Positions 10,759 to 21,169 of a stretch of 64,000 nucleotides of DNA are shown here, one piece after another (the first letter of the stretch is position 1; every line of letters starts with the position of its first letter). Origin of the DNA: an uncultured delta proteobacterium (GTDB lineage: Bacteria > Myxococcota_A > Polyangia > Polyangiales > Polyangiaceae). Location: positions 1,920,001 to 1,984,000 of the forward strand of contig CAWAIF010000003.1 in assembly GCA_963782055.1 (NCBI GenBank), given 5' to 3'. Made by a program: the position numbers and the translations under genes. The notes under the pieces are model-generated. The model was not told where the DNA came from and ran no database searches. It was given only the letters and a program-made list of their open reading frames with translations.

Positions 10759-12669
10759 GTGCTGTCGCATCTCGACGTCCCCACCGCCTCCCCCGACCTC
10801 GGCAAGGCTCAGCTCCGGTCCGCCCTCGCCTTCGCCGAGGCCATCATCCCCGGCTCCGCGCAGACCCCCGCCGCCGACGAGACCACCATCGCCCGCGTCC
10901 AGCAGGTGCTCGGCAAGCTCTCCCCGCAGGTCGTCCGCGGGTGGACGGGCGCGCTCCAGCTCCTGGACCAGGCAGTCCGCCTGCAGGCGGGCAAGCCCTT
11001 CCACGCGCTGACGCGCGCCAAGCAGGAGGCCATCCTCGCGGGCTGGGAGAAGAGCCCGGTCCTGCGCGGCCCGCTCCATGCCCTCTCCTACGTCTTCAAG
11101 ATCGCCCACTTCGATCAGCCGCGCACCTACGAGGCGCTCGGCGGCCACCTGCGCGTCCTGTCCAACGTGGAGGTCGCCCGGTGGGAGCAGCAGATCCACC
11201 GCGCCCAGGACTGGCAGGAAGACCGCGACGTGGAGTGCGACGTCGTCGTCGTCGGCACCGGCGCCGGCGGCGCGGTCGTCGGCCGCGAGCTCGCCGACCG
11301 CGGCTTCGCGGTCGTCTTCGTGGAAGAGGGCGGGCGCTTCCGCCGCGACGCCTTCATCGGCAGCTTCCTGCACGCGCACTCGACCTACTACCGCAACTCC
11401 ATCACGCTCGGGAACGCGCCCATCACATTGCTCATGGGCAAGCTCGTCGGCGGCTCCACCGCGGTCAACGGCGGGACCTGCCTGCGGCCGCCGCCGTGGG
11501 TGCTGGAGGAGTGGGCGGAGCGTCTGGACTGCGACGACTTCTCCGCCGAGGGCATGGGCCCGCTGCTCGATCGTGTCGAGGGCGTGCTGCAGGTCTCCAC
11601 GCCGGAGCGCAAGTACATCGGCCCCATCGCCGACGTGATGGACCGCGGCGCCTCCGCCTTCGGCTGGCACACCGCGCCCATCCCGCGCAACGCCGTGGGG
11701 TGCGAGGGCGAGGGCTTCTGTGACTACGGGTGCGCCTCCGGCGCGCGCCGCAGCGTGGACATCTCGTACCTGCCCGGGGCGCTGGAGAAGGGCTCCATCG
11801 TCCTCACCGAGCTGCGCGCCGAGCGCGTCCTCACCGAGGCCGGGCGCGCCGTCGGCGTCGAGGGCCACGACGGCACCGGCCGCCGCTTCCGCGTGCGCGG
11901 CAAGGCGGTGATCCTTGCGGGCGGCGCCATCCCCACCCCGATGCTGCTGCTGCGGCAGGGCCTCGCCAACTCCAGCGGGGAGGTGGGCAAGAACCTCAGC
12001 CTGCACCCGAGCGCGGGCTTCGGCGCCTACGTCGACGACGTGCTCGACCCGGAGCGCTACATCCCGCAGGGCTACATGGTCGACGAGTTCCTGCGCGAGG
12101 GCATGCTGCTGCTCGCCGCGCAGCCGGACGTGAACATCGCCCACATGATGTTCCCCTTCACCGGCCGCCGGCTGATGCGCGCCATCGACTCGCTGCCGCA
12201 CCTCGCCCTCTTCGGCACGATGATCCGCGACAGGAGCCGCGGGCGGGTCTGGTTCGACGTCGGGGGCAACCCGGCGATGACGTACAACCTCCTGCCCGAG
12301 GACATCGACCTCATGCACAAGGCGATGATCAAGACCGGGGAGATGTGCTGGGCCGCCGGCGCGCGCCGCATCTACACCGGCCTCATCGGTGCCGACTCGG
12401 TCGAGAGCCGCGCCGACTGGGAGCGCTTCAAGAGCTACACCATCACCCCCGCGGAGCTGGCCCTCATCAGCTACCACCCGCTGGGCACCTGCCGCATGGG
12501 GCGTGACCCGCGGACCAGCGTCGTCGACCTGGACCACCAGGTGCACGACGTCCCGGGCCTCTTCGTGGTGGACGGCAGCACCGTGCCCGGCCCGCCCGGC
12601 GTCAACCCGCAGGTGATCATCATGGCGATGGCCACCCGCGCCGCCGCTCGCATCGCCGCCCGCCTCTGA
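10759..12669 (+). CDS. GMC-family FAD oxidoreductase (long-chain alcohol oxidase-like architecture)
   Basis: VVVGTGAGG FAD motif, VGGSTAVN, CxGxGFCDYGC, catalytic YHPLGTCRMG and GVNP. GTG start assumed. Confidence 0.9.
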   Translation: MLSHLDVPTASPDLGKAQLRSALAFAEAIIPGSAQTPAADETTIARVQQVLGKLSPQVVRGWTGALQLLDQAVRLQAGKPFHALTRAKQEAILAGWEKSPVLRGPLHALSYVFKIAHFDQPRTYEALGGHLRVLSNVEVARWEQQIHRAQDWQEDRDVECDVVVVGTGAGGAVVGRELADRGFAVVFVEEGGRFRRDAFIGSFLHAHSTYYRNSITLGNAPITLLMGKLVGGSTAVNGGTCLRPPPWVLEEWAERLDCDDFSAEGMGPLLDRVEGVLQVSTPERKYIGPIADVMDRGASAFGWHTAPIPRNAVGCEGEGFCDYGCASGARRSVDISYLPGALEKGSIVLTELRAERVLTEAGRAVGVEGHDGTGRRFRVRGKAVILAGGAIPTPMLLLRQGLANSSGEVGKNLSLHPSAGFGAYVDDVLDPERYIPQGYMVDEFLREGMLLLAAQPDVNIAHMMFPFTGRRLMRAIDSLPHLALFGTMIRDRSRGRVWFDVGGNPAMTYNLLPEDIDLMHKAMIKTGEMCWAAGARRIYTGLIGADSVESRADWERFKSYTITPAELALISYHPLGTCRMGRDPRTSVVDLDHQVHDVPGLFVVDGSTVPGPPGVNPQVIIMAMATRAAARIAARL

Positions 12670-12676
12670 CGTTCTT

Positions 12677-12720
12677 CGCTCCCCCTCTGCGCGGGGAGCG
12701 GGGGCTGGGGGGGTGAGGGC
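12677..12720 (-). repeat. REP-like CCCTCACCC...CTCCCC/GGGGAG palindromic element
   Basis: Minus strand reads CCCTCACCCCCCCAGCCCCCGCTCCCC-GCGCAGAG-GGGGAGCG, with a CGCTCCCC/GGGGAGCG stem; resembles widespread high-GC intergenic repeats. Confidence 0.5.
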
Positions 12721-12777
12721 TGCGCAGAACGGTACGCAGTAGCGCGGCGTCGCAGGGCGCGGTATAGGCGCCGGCGC

Positions 12778-14397
12778 ATGCTTCAGGAGGATGTCGTGAG
12801 TAGCGCGCCCGTGCCGCGCGAGCGTGCTGCGGCGGACGCGCCGCGCGAGCTCCGCCACACGCCGTTCCCGCGCGTGGTCGGCAAGGCGATGCTCGTCGCC
12901 GCGCACGCGCAGGTCCGCCGCTGGGACAAGGCGCTCACCCGCGTGCGCGAGGAGCAGGAGGAGATCCTGCTCTCCATCGTGAAGCACGCCGCGCAGACCG
13001 AGTACGGCCGCGCCCACGACTTCGCGGGCATCCGCGGCTACGAGGACTTTCGCGCGCGCGTCCCGGTCGGCGACTACGACGCCTTCTCCCCGTACATCGA
13101 CCGCATGCGCAAGGGCGAGCGTGACCTGCTCGTGCCCGAGTTCATTCGCTACTTCGGCAACTCGTCGGGCAGCTCCACCCAGGGCAAGCCCAAGTTCCTG
13201 CCCATCGCCGAGCGGCAAATCGGCATCCAGCGCCGGGCCGGCACCGACGGCCTGATGCGCACGCTCGTGCACCTGCACGAGGACCAGTTCACTCGCGGCT
13301 TCACCCTCGGCCTCTTCCCGCCCACCACCATGCGCGAAGAGGGCCCGGTGCTCATCACGAGCAACCCGGCGCTGATGGTGACCAAGCTGCCGCTCGTCTC
13401 CCGCCCGGCGTACCTCCCGGACGAGGAGTGCAAGCGCATCTCCGACTACGACACCAAGCTCTCGCTCATCGCGCACAAGTACATCGACCACGACGTGCGC
13501 GCCCTCGCCGGCACCACGTGCTGGTTCTCGCTGATGTTCGAGAAGCTCATCGCGGAGGCGAAGCGGCGCGGCCGCGGCGCCCGCTCCGTCCACGAGATCT
13601 GGCCGAACCTGCGCATCCTGCTGGGCGGCGGCGTCTCGGCGGACCCGTACATGCCCGTCATCCGCGAGCTGATGGGCCGCGACGACGTGCTCCTCGTCGA
13701 CAGCTACAACGCGACCGAGGGCGGCATCTACGCCGCGAGCGATCACACCGGCCGTCCGGGCATGCTCCTTCTCCCGCACCGCGGCACCTTCTTCGAGTTC
13801 GTCGCGCTGGAGGAGCACGACAAGCCCGACGCGAAGCGCGTCCCGCTCTGGGAGGTCGAGCTCGGGAAGAGCTACGCGATCGTCGTCACGACGGTCAGCG
13901 GCCTGTACGCCTACAAGCTCGGCGACATCGTCCGCTTCCCGGAGGAGAACCGTATGGAGTTCGTCGGGAGGCTCTCCGGGTGCCTCTCGGTGACCCAGGA
14001 GCTGACGACGCACGTAGAAATCGAACGGGCCGTTGCGCACGCTCTTTCGCAGGTCCCGGCGGTCACCGTGGACTTCGGGGCGTCCGCCAAGATCGGCGCC
14101 AAGTCCCGCTACGTTCTCTTCGCGGAGTTCGCCCCGGGCAAGCGCCCGGCCGACATGGAAGCCTTCGCGAAGGCCTTCGATGAGGGCCTTTGCAGGGAAA
14201 ATCGCGTGTATAGGGAGCACCGGCATGACGACGTGGCCATCCTCCCCCCGGTGATCACCCCCCTGCGCGCGGGTGGGGCCAGGGGGTACCTGGAGGAGGT
14301 CACCCGGGGCAACGTGCAGGGGAAGTTCCCCCGCATCATCGACCCCTCCCGCCTGTCGCAGGTAATGGCTTACGCAGAAGGCGGCCCCTCCGCCTGA
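12778..14397 (+). CDS. GH3 (auxin-responsive) family acyl-acid amido synthetase
   Basis: Three GH3/ANL motifs: SSGSSTQGKPK, YNATEG, YAYKLGD; also N-terminal TEYGRAHDF and C-terminal QGKFPRI. Confidence 0.88.
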   Translation: MLQEDVVSSAPVPRERAAADAPRELRHTPFPRVVGKAMLVAAHAQVRRWDKALTRVREEQEEILLSIVKHAAQTEYGRAHDFAGIRGYEDFRARVPVGDYDAFSPYIDRMRKGERDLLVPEFIRYFGNSSGSSTQGKPKFLPIAERQIGIQRRAGTDGLMRTLVHLHEDQFTRGFTLGLFPPTTMREEGPVLITSNPALMVTKLPLVSRPAYLPDEECKRISDYDTKLSLIAHKYIDHDVRALAGTTCWFSLMFEKLIAEAKRRGRGARSVHEIWPNLRILLGGGVSADPYMPVIRELMGRDDVLLVDSYNATEGGIYAASDHTGRPGMLLLPHRGTFFEFVALEEHDKPDAKRVPLWEVELGKSYAIVVTTVSGLYAYKLGDIVRFPEENRMEFVGRLSGCLSVTQELTTHVEIERAVAHALSQVPAVTVDFGASAKIGAKSRYVLFAEFAPGKRPADMEAFAKAFDEGLCRENRVYREHRHDDVAILPPVITPLRAGGARGYLEEVTRGNVQGKFPRIIDPSRLSQVMAYAEGGPSA

Positions 14398-14463
14398 CCA
14401 ATTGACTATTCCACTCGCGGCCCGGCCCCGCCAAAACACGATCGGCCGGAAAAGGCCGCCAGG

Positions 14464-15726
14464 ATGTCCGCCCCGGTTCGGCGGGCGCCCTCGACGGCGC
14501 AGCAGCAGGAGAGAGCCTTGAAGAAGCTGGGAGTCCTCATCGTTGGTGTTCACGGTGCAGTCGCCACGACGCTCGTCGCGGGCGTGGAGATGATGGTCAA
14601 GGGCCTGACGCCGCGCTTTGGCATGGTGACCGAGAAGGGCGAGGCCAACATCGCCGAGGCGCTGACCCAGTGGCTCGACTTCGCCCCGCTCGAGGGCATG
14701 GTCTTCGGCGGCTGGGACCCGCGCTTCGACAACGCGTACGAGGCGGCGCTGCACCACAAGGTGCTGCCGACCGACGCGCTCCGTCCGGTCCGCGAGAAGA
14801 TGGAGACGACGAAGGCCTGGCCGGCCATCTTCGCCAAGAACGGCAAGACGCCCGAGGGCAACGTCGCCATCGTGAAGAACATCCGCGAGGAGATCGCGGC
14901 CATCCAGAAGAACATCACCGACTTCAAGAAGCAGCACGGCGTCGATGACGTGGTGATGGTGAACCTCCTCTCCACCGAGCCGTACCTGGAGGAGGCCGAC
15001 ATCCACAAGTCGCTCGCCGCCTTCGAGAAGGCGCTCGACAGCGACGACCGCCGCATCAACGTCTCGATGCGGTACTTCTACGCCGCGAACGCGCTGGGCG
15101 TGCCGTACTGCAACTTCACCCCGAGCCTCACCAACGTGCCCGCCCTGGTGGAGCACGCCGAGAAGAACAACAACCCCTTCTGCGGCATGGACGGCAAGAC
15201 GGGGCAGACGCTCATCAAGACCGCGCTCGCCTCGGTCTTCCGCGCGCGCCGCCTGCACATCGAGGGCTGGTACTCCACCAACATCCTCGGCAACAACGAC
15301 GGCTTCGTGCTGGCGGACCCCGAGTCCAACAAGACCAAGGTCATGTCCAAGCAGAGCGTGCTGGACTCGATCGTCGGCTACAAGGTGGAAAACCACCAGG
15401 TCCACATCCACTACTACAAGCCCCGCGGCGACTCGAAGGAGGCCTGGGACAACATCGACCTCGTCGGCTTCGCCGGCGTGCCGATGCAGATGAAGGTGGA
15501 CTTCCTCTGCCAGGACTCCGCCCTCGCGGCGCCGCTCGTGGTCGACCTCGTCCGCCTGCTGCAGATCGCCAAGGAGAACGGCGAGAAGGGCATCCAGCGG
15601 CAGATGTCGATGTTCTTCAAGTCGCCCTACGCCAGCCCCGGCGAGACGCCCGTGCACGACTTCTTCAAGCAGGAGAAGCTGCTGGTCGACTGGGCGCAGC
15701 ACATCGCCAAGCGCACCAGCCGCTGA
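14464..15726 (+). CDS. ino1: myo-Inositol-1-phosphate synthase
   Basis: IVGVHGAVATT, FGGWD, NLLSTE, GMDGKTGQTLIK, WYSTNILGNNDG, DSKEAWD, DSALAAPLVVDL. Real start may be TTG at 14518. Confidence 0.93.
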   Translation: MSAPVRRAPSTAQQQERALKKLGVLIVGVHGAVATTLVAGVEMMVKGLTPRFGMVTEKGEANIAEALTQWLDFAPLEGMVFGGWDPRFDNAYEAALHHKVLPTDALRPVREKMETTKAWPAIFAKNGKTPEGNVAIVKNIREEIAAIQKNITDFKKQHGVDDVVMVNLLSTEPYLEEADIHKSLAAFEKALDSDDRRINVSMRYFYAANALGVPYCNFTPSLTNVPALVEHAEKNNNPFCGMDGKTGQTLIKTALASVFRARRLHIEGWYSTNILGNNDGFVLADPESNKTKVMSKQSVLDSIVGYKVENHQVHIHYYKPRGDSKEAWDNIDLVGFAGVPMQMKVDFLCQDSALAAPLVVDLVRLLQIAKENGEKGIQRQMSMFFKSPYASPGETPVHDFFKQEKLLVDWAQHIAKRTSR

Positions 15727-15769
15727 GCGGCAGGCCGGATGCTCGTTTTTCGCGAGAAGATCCGATCGC

Positions 15770-17101
15770 ATGCCGGCGATGACCGACACCCCCGCGGTCC
15801 TGGGCGGTAGCCCGCTCCTCCAGAAGAGCGAGCACCGCCCGTGGCCGCTGGTCACGGAGGAGGAGCGGCGCGCGGTGATGCGCGTGCTCGACCGCGGCGT
15901 CCTCTCCGGCTCCTACGCGCCCGAGGCGCTGGCGCTGCAGGAGGAGCTCGCCTCCTTCGTCGGCGCCAAGCACTGCCTGCTCACCCACTGCGGCACGAGC
16001 GCGCTGCAGCTCGCCCTCTGCGCCGCCGGGGTGGGCCAGGGCGACGAGGTCGTGGTCCCCGCCTACAGCTTCGTCGCCACGCCGCTCGCCGTCGCGCTCC
16101 AGGGCGCGGTCCCGGTCTTCGCCGACGTCGACGCGGTCACCGGGGAGCTGGACGTGGCCCTGGCGGAGGCGGCGATCACCCCGCGCACGAAGGCGATCAT
16201 GCCCGTGCACATCCACGGCGCGGCGTGCGACATGGACGCCTGGCTGGCCCTCGGCGAGCGGCGCCACGTCGCCATCGTGGAGGACGCAGCCCAGGCCCAC
16301 GGCGCGCGGTGCGGCGACAGGCCGGTCGGCGCGCTGGGCGTGGCCGGCGGCTTCTCCATGCAGTCGAGCAAGAACCTCCCGGGAGGGGAGGGCGGCTTCT
16401 TCGTCACCAACGACGACGCCGCGGCCGAGCTCGGCAACCGGCTGCGCAACTTCGGCCAGGACCTGCACCTGGCGGACGCCGCCGGCTTCGACCTCGCCCG
16501 CGCGCTGGATGGCACGCGCGCCCTCGACTCGCAGTTTCTCGGGTCGATGTACCGCGGCAACGAGATGATGGCCGCCTTCGCCCGCGCGCAGCTCCGCCGC
16601 CTGCCGGAGCTCACCGCCCGCGCCCAGCAGACCGGCGCGCGCCTCGCCGCGAAGCTGGCCGAGCTGCCCGGCGTCACGCCGCCCGTGGCCCGCCCCGGCC
16701 GCACCTCGGTGCACCACAAGTTCCGCGTCCACATGGACCCCGCCGCCGCCGGCCTCTCCTGCTCGCCGAAGACCCTGCGCGACGCCATGAAGGCCGCGCT
16801 CGCCGCGGAGGGCTGCGAGGTCGTCTTCTGGCAGTCGGCCCCGCTCCCGGCGCAGGCCGTCTTCCAGCAGCGCGCCGGCTTCCCCTTCGGTGGCCTCGAG
16901 GGAGGCACCGATCTGGCGCACAACTACGAGACCGCGCGCTACCCCGCGACGTCGAAGCTGCTCGACGGCTCGCTCGTCCTCTTCTCGCAGTCGCACCCGT
17001 TCATCGCCCAGGATCCCGACGTGGCCCTCCGGTACGCCGACGCCTTCGCGCGGGTGTGGCGCCACCGCGAGGACGTCGTCGCCGCGCACGCGCGCGGCTG
17101 A
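15770..17101 (+). CDS. DegT/DnrJ/EryC1/StrS PLP aminotransferase, inosose-aminotransferase-like
   Basis: CGTSAL, PAYSFVAT, PVHIHG, EDAAQAHG, FSMQSSKNLPGGEGG (PLP lysine). Confidence 0.9.
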   Translation: MPAMTDTPAVLGGSPLLQKSEHRPWPLVTEEERRAVMRVLDRGVLSGSYAPEALALQEELASFVGAKHCLLTHCGTSALQLALCAAGVGQGDEVVVPAYSFVATPLAVALQGAVPVFADVDAVTGELDVALAEAAITPRTKAIMPVHIHGAACDMDAWLALGERRHVAIVEDAAQAHGARCGDRPVGALGVAGGFSMQSSKNLPGGEGGFFVTNDDAAAELGNRLRNFGQDLHLADAAGFDLARALDGTRALDSQFLGSMYRGNEMMAAFARAQLRRLPELTARAQQTGARLAAKLAELPGVTPPVARPGRTSVHHKFRVHMDPAAAGLSCSPKTLRDAMKAALAAEGCEVVFWQSAPLPAQAVFQQRAGFPFGGLEGGTDLAHNYETARYPATSKLLDGSLVLFSQSHPFIAQDPDVALRYADAFARVWRHREDVVAAHARG

Positions 17102-17106
17102 CGGCC

Positions 17107-18105
17107 ATGGCGGCGACGACCCGGCGCTGGGAGCGTATCAAGGGCGTGATGCGCCTCGCCCTGCTCGGCGGCGGGCTGGCGCTGATCGTCTACCTGGTGC
17201 ACTCCGCCGGCCCGGCGAAGGTGTGGGCCGCGCTCACCGCCGCCGGCCCGTGGATCCCGCTCATCGTCCTGCTGGAGGCCGCCATCCTGGCCACCGACAC
17301 CGCGGCGTTCGCCACCATCCTCGGGCCGAGGCGCGGCAGCGTCTCCCTGAAGGGGTGGCTGCGCTCCAGCGCCATCTCGTACGTCGGGCTGGTGCTCCTG
17401 CCGGCGGGGCGCACGGCGAGCGAGGTGGGCCGCGCGACGGTGATTGCACAATACACGGGTTCGCTCAAGTCGGCCACGGCCGGCGCGCAGCTCCAGGCCG
17501 CCGCGCTCATCGCCGACGGCGCCATCTCCGGCGTCGTCGCGCTGGGCATCTACCTCATGATGGGCGACAAGCAGCACCTGCCCGCCATCCTCGCCGGCAA
17601 CTTCGTACTGGCCGCCGGCCTCGGGATGGGCCTGGAGCTGCTCCTTCACAACAAGCGCCTGGCGTCCTGGGTGCGCAAGAAGCTCCCGCGCCTCGCCAAG
17701 GGCGCGGCCGAGGGCGACGAGCACCCGCACGCGCTCGGCGTCGCGCCGACAGCGTGGAGCATGGTCGGACGCCTCTTGCAGGTGCTGCAGTACGGCATCG
17801 CGGTCAAGGCCGTGGGCGGGAGCTTCGGCCTGGCGGGCGCGCTCGTCGCCCACGGCGTGCACATGGTGGGCGCCACCGCGGGCATGGCGGTGCCCAACCA
17901 GGTGGGCGTGGCCGACGGCGCCTACGTCGCCTTCGCCGACGTGCTTGGCTTCGGCGACGCGCCGGCGCGCGCGCTCTCCATCGCGCTCGTCCTGCGCGCC
18001 GCGCAGCTCGCCTTCGCCGCGGCCTGCCTGCTCCTGGCGGCGCTCACCCGGGAGGCCGTCGCCAAGGCCGTGCCGGCGACCGCCCAGCAGACCGACGGCG
18101 CGTGA
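17107..18105 (+). CDS. Lysylphosphatidylglycerol-synthase TM / flippase-like membrane protein
   Basis: About 8 hydrophobic segments, PAGRTASEVGR and VPNQVGVADG motifs; starts 5 nt after the aminotransferase stop. Confidence 0.72.
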   Translation: MAATTRRWERIKGVMRLALLGGGLALIVYLVHSAGPAKVWAALTAAGPWIPLIVLLEAAILATDTAAFATILGPRRGSVSLKGWLRSSAISYVGLVLLPAGRTASEVGRATVIAQYTGSLKSATAGAQLQAAALIADGAISGVVALGIYLMMGDKQHLPAILAGNFVLAAGLGMGLELLLHNKRLASWVRKKLPRLAKGAAEGDEHPHALGVAPTAWSMVGRLLQVLQYGIAVKAVGGSFGLAGALVAHGVHMVGATAGMAVPNQVGVADGAYVAFADVLGFGDAPARALSIALVLRAAQLAFAAACLLLAALTREAVAKAVPATAQQTDGA

Positions 18106-18126
18106 GAGGACGGGCGGCGCGCGCGG

Positions 18127-18810
18127 TCAGCAGCCGCCGCAGCTCTCGCCGCAGAAGACCTGGGCCTCCTGCACGCACGTGGAGTCCCACGTGGTGGTGC
18201 AGCACCCCGTGTCTCCCAGGAAGTCGCAGATGAGGAAGGTGCAGGCGTCCGGGTCGCACGTGTCGGAGAGCGCGCCGCCGGTGACGCACGGCGAGTGCGT
18301 GCAGGTCCCCAGGTCCACCGTGCACGTCGTCGCGCAGGAGCCGCCGGTGCAGGTGCCGCTGCAGAAGGTGCCGCAACCCCCGCAGTTGTTGGGGTCGTTG
18401 CCCAGGACATCGGTGCAGGCGGAGTTGCAGCACTGATCGCTGCCGGTGCACGCGTTGCCGCACGTGCCGCAGTTGCTGGAGTCCGCGCTCGTGTCGATGC
18501 ACGAGCCGTTGCAGCACGCGCCGGAGGTACACTGCGTGTTGCAGTCGCCGCAGTGGTCCATGTCGGTCTGCAGGTCGACGCAGGTGTTGCCTCCGCACAT
18601 CTCGCAGCCGCCGCCGGAGTCGGTGGTGGTGCCGGAGTCCTTCTTGTTGCCGCCGGAGTCGAGCGTGCCCCCGCCGTCGACCTTGCCCCCGCCGTCGACC
18701 TTGCCGCCGTCGCCCGTGCCCGGGTCGTCGATCAGCACGCCTGTCGCGCACGCCGGCGCGCCCAGGAGCGCGACCAGCGCCAGCCCACCTGCCAGTCGAA
18801 AGACCTTCAT
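18127..18810 (-). CDS. Cys-rich repeat lipoprotein
   Basis: Signal peptide ending APAC; DGGKVDGGGKVDGGG repeat; three Dxx(H/N)CGxC repeats. Confidence 0.8.
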   Translation of the reverse strand: MKVFRLAGGLALVALLGAPACATGVLIDDPGTGDGGKVDGGGKVDGGGTLDSGGNKKDSGTTTDSGGGCEMCGGNTCVDLQTDMDHCGDCNTQCTSGACCNGSCIDTSADSSNCGTCGNACTGSDQCCNSACTDVLGNDPNNCGGCGTFCSGTCTGGSCATTCTVDLGTCTHSPCVTGGALSDTCDPDACTFLICDFLGDTGCCTTTWDSTCVQEAQVFCGESCGGC

Positions 18811-18887
18811 CGCCGCACCGCCTATCCCCATCGTGATGCTAGCGCAGACGGGGGGCAGGGGCAGGGCAATCTTTCCCAATCGGGCGG

Positions 18888-19775
18888 TCAGCGGAGGCCG
18901 AGCGCGCTCCAGTCCAGCTTGCCGTCGCGGACGGGGGGGCACCAGTAGTAGCCGCCGCTCACCGCGCGGGTGAAGCCAAGCAGGGCGTCCACCACGCCGT
19001 CGTCCAGGCCGGCCATGCGGCGGAGCACGCGCTCGTAGCGATCCGGCGAATCGCCGTAGGCGACGAACATCAGCCCCTGCTCCGCGACGCCGCCCCACGG
19101 CATCGAGCGGCGAACCATGAAGGCGGGGGGATCGAAGCCCTCCTGCTCGGTGCGCTTGACGTGCGCCGTCGGCGGGGCGTCGTCCATCTCCGCGTTGTCG
19201 CGGTTGCGGCGGCCGATCACCTGGTCGCGCGCCCCCGGGTCGAGCGCGGCGAGGCGCGCGAGGTCGTGCACGTAGCGCTGCACCCCGACGAAGGTGGAGC
19301 CGTCCAGACCCGGGCCCTCGTCCAGGACGATGGCCGCCTCGATCGCGGCCTCGCCCTCGGGGTTCGCGGTGCCGTCCAGGTAGCCGGACAGATCGCGCCC
19401 CTCGCGGTAGCGGAAGGTGGCCGTGTCCTCGCGGAGGCGGAAGCCCTCGCCGAGCGTGCTCGCCAGCGCCGTGGCGCGGTCGTAGACCTCGCCCGGCTGC
19501 TCGCCGCCGAGCAGGGCGACGAGCCCGCCCTGCGTGGAGGGGAAGGCGATGCCGGGGCCGCTCACCGCGGGAAAGGCGCGCAGGCCGGGCACCGTCGCGT
19601 CCATCCGTGCCACCAGGGGCAGCCCCACGCCCAGCACGCCGCGCGCCGGGTCGAACTCGTCACGGAGGCGCGCGAGCGCCGGTCGCGGGTCGATGTGCGT
19701 GTCGGTGTCGAAGACGAGCACGCGCCCCACTGCGGGGACGGGCCGCAGGACGGCGGCTTGCCAGAGGTGAGTCAT
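18888..19775 (-). CDS. Dyp-type peroxidase
   Basis: DLSGYLDGTANP (GXXDG), IGR, proximal AHV, RRSMPWG. Confidence 0.92.
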   Translation of the reverse strand: MTHLWQAAVLRPVPAVGRVLVFDTDTHIDPRPALARLRDEFDPARGVLGVGLPLVARMDATVPGLRAFPAVSGPGIAFPSTQGGLVALLGGEQPGEVYDRATALASTLGEGFRLREDTATFRYREGRDLSGYLDGTANPEGEAAIEAAIVLDEGPGLDGSTFVGVQRYVHDLARLAALDPGARDQVIGRRNRDNAEMDDAPPTAHVKRTEQEGFDPPAFMVRRSMPWGGVAEQGLMFVAYGDSPDRYERVLRRMAGLDDGVVDALLGFTRAVSGGYYWCPPVRDGKLDWSALGLR

Positions 19776-19787
19776 GGCGCTGTCCTC

Positions 19788-21158
19788 TCAGGGCTTGGGG
19801 CCGATGACCTTTCGCATCGAGGCGGGAACCGCCGGCAGCGTCGCGGTGGGCAGGCGCGGCTTGGTCGGCGCCGGCGCCGGGACGGAGTCCTCGTCCTCGC
19901 GTCGCGGATCGCGCATCAGCGAGACGTAGCGGCCGATGGAGACCGACACGTCGCTCGGGGCGTCGACCAGCTCCAGGCCGATCGCCCACGCGCCCCACTG
20001 CTTGTCCGGGCGGGCGGCCTTCGCCCATCGCACCGTCGCCTGGCAGCTCGCGATGTGGCCCTCGATCGGCAGCGCGAAGCGCACGGTCACCTTCTCCCCG
20101 GCCGTCAGCGCCGTGGGCGCGAGCATCAGGATGCCGCCCTCCGAGATGTCCTCCGAGCGGCCGTCCACCGTGATGCCCGACGCGGTCACCACCCGCAGCG
20201 GCGTGAGGTAAGGCGCACGGGGGTGCTTGCGCACGTCCTGGGCCTGGGCAGGCCCCTCCAGGAGCTGCGTGCCGCGGCCGACGGCCGCCGGGATCGCGGC
20301 CCGAAGCTCGCGCCCGAGGGCGGCGGCGTCCGCCGGACGCTCCTCGCTGCGCTTGGAGATGGCCCGCTGCACGATGCCCGCGAGCGCAGGATCCACGCCG
20401 GGCACCAGCTCGCGCAGCGAGGGAGGCGGAACGTCCGGCGCGCACAGCGCGCGCACGATCTCGGCGTAGTTGCCCTCGTAGACGACGTGCCCGGTCAGGC
20501 ACTCGAAGAGGATGGCGCCGAGGGCGTAGACGTCCGCGCGGGCGTCCACGTCGCCGCCGGCGAACTGCTCCGGCGACATGTACGCCGGCGTCCCCACGAT
20601 CGCCCCGACCGCGGTGAGCTTGACCTCGCCGTCGGCGAGGGGCTGCTTGGACGTGCCGAAGTCGAGGAGCTTGATGCGCTCGTTGCCGGCCCCGTCGCGG
20701 TAGACCACCACGTTGCTCGGCTTGACGTCGCGGTGCACCACGCCTGCTACGTGGGCGACCGCGAGCGCGTCGCACAGGCCGAGCCCGAGCGCCACGGCGT
20801 CGACCGCGGGGAGCCTGCCTCGCGCCGCGAGCAGGCCCTCCAGCGTGCGGCCCTCCAGCAGCTCCAGCGCGACGTAGGGCCGGCCGTTGACCATGCCCGC
20901 GTCGAGCACCGAGACGATGCCCGGGTGCCGGAGGCGCGCGAGCACCCGGGCCTCGCGCAGCAGCCGCTCGCTCTGGGTCTCGAGGGCGAGCGGGTCCACG
21001 TTCGGTGCGACGATCTTGAGCGCGACCCGCTGCCGCAGGAGCACGTGCTGCGCCTCGTAGACCACGGCCTCCGTCCCGCGTCCGAGCATCCGCCGCAGCT
21101 CGTAACGGCCGTCGATGATGTCGCCGAGCTCGAGGGGCTTGGAGCTGGGTTCGCTCAT
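19788..21158 (-). CDS. Ser/Thr protein kinase with C-terminal PilZ domain
   Basis: VALK, HRDVKPSN, DFG, YMSPE; PilZ motifs RKHPR (RxxxR) and DISEGG (DxSxxG). Confidence 0.9.
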   Translation of the reverse strand: MSEPSSKPLELGDIIDGRYELRRMLGRGTEAVVYEAQHVLLRQRVALKIVAPNVDPLALETQSERLLREARVLARLRHPGIVSVLDAGMVNGRPYVALELLEGRTLEGLLAARGRLPAVDAVALGLGLCDALAVAHVAGVVHRDVKPSNVVVYRDGAGNERIKLLDFGTSKQPLADGEVKLTAVGAIVGTPAYMSPEQFAGGDVDARADVYALGAILFECLTGHVVYEGNYAEIVRALCAPDVPPPSLRELVPGVDPALAGIVQRAISKRSEERPADAAALGRELRAAIPAAVGRGTQLLEGPAQAQDVRKHPRAPYLTPLRVVTASGITVDGRSEDISEGGILMLAPTALTAGEKVTVRFALPIEGHIASCQATVRWAKAARPDKQWGAWAIGLELVDAPSDVSVSIGRYVSLMRDPRREDEDSVPAPAPTKPRLPTATLPAVPASMRKVIGPKP

Positions 21159-21169
21159 TTCGACACTCC

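Noticed and set aside
14398..14463. Internal sigma70 promoter before ino1 (TTGACT at 14402)
   Set aside because: No acceptable -10 hexamer at 16-18 nt spacing.
10459..15855. 1798-aa minus-strand ORF (and similar long ORFs at 84-1853, 23356-26058, 35399-40582, 35500-38943, 53875-56721)
   Set aside because: Antisense or off-frame shadows of recognisable genes; Arg/Gly/Ala/His-rich composition typical of stop-poor high-GC DNA.
18661..18712. Short tandem repeat (CRISPR-like?)
   Set aside because: An 18-nt in-frame coding repeat (GGKVDG) with no spacers and no cas genes.
18888..19775. Dyp as encapsulin cargo
   Set aside because: No encapsulin gene is adjacent and there is no extended linker with a GSLxIGSL-type targeting peptide; the C-terminus looks like an ordinary Dyp end.
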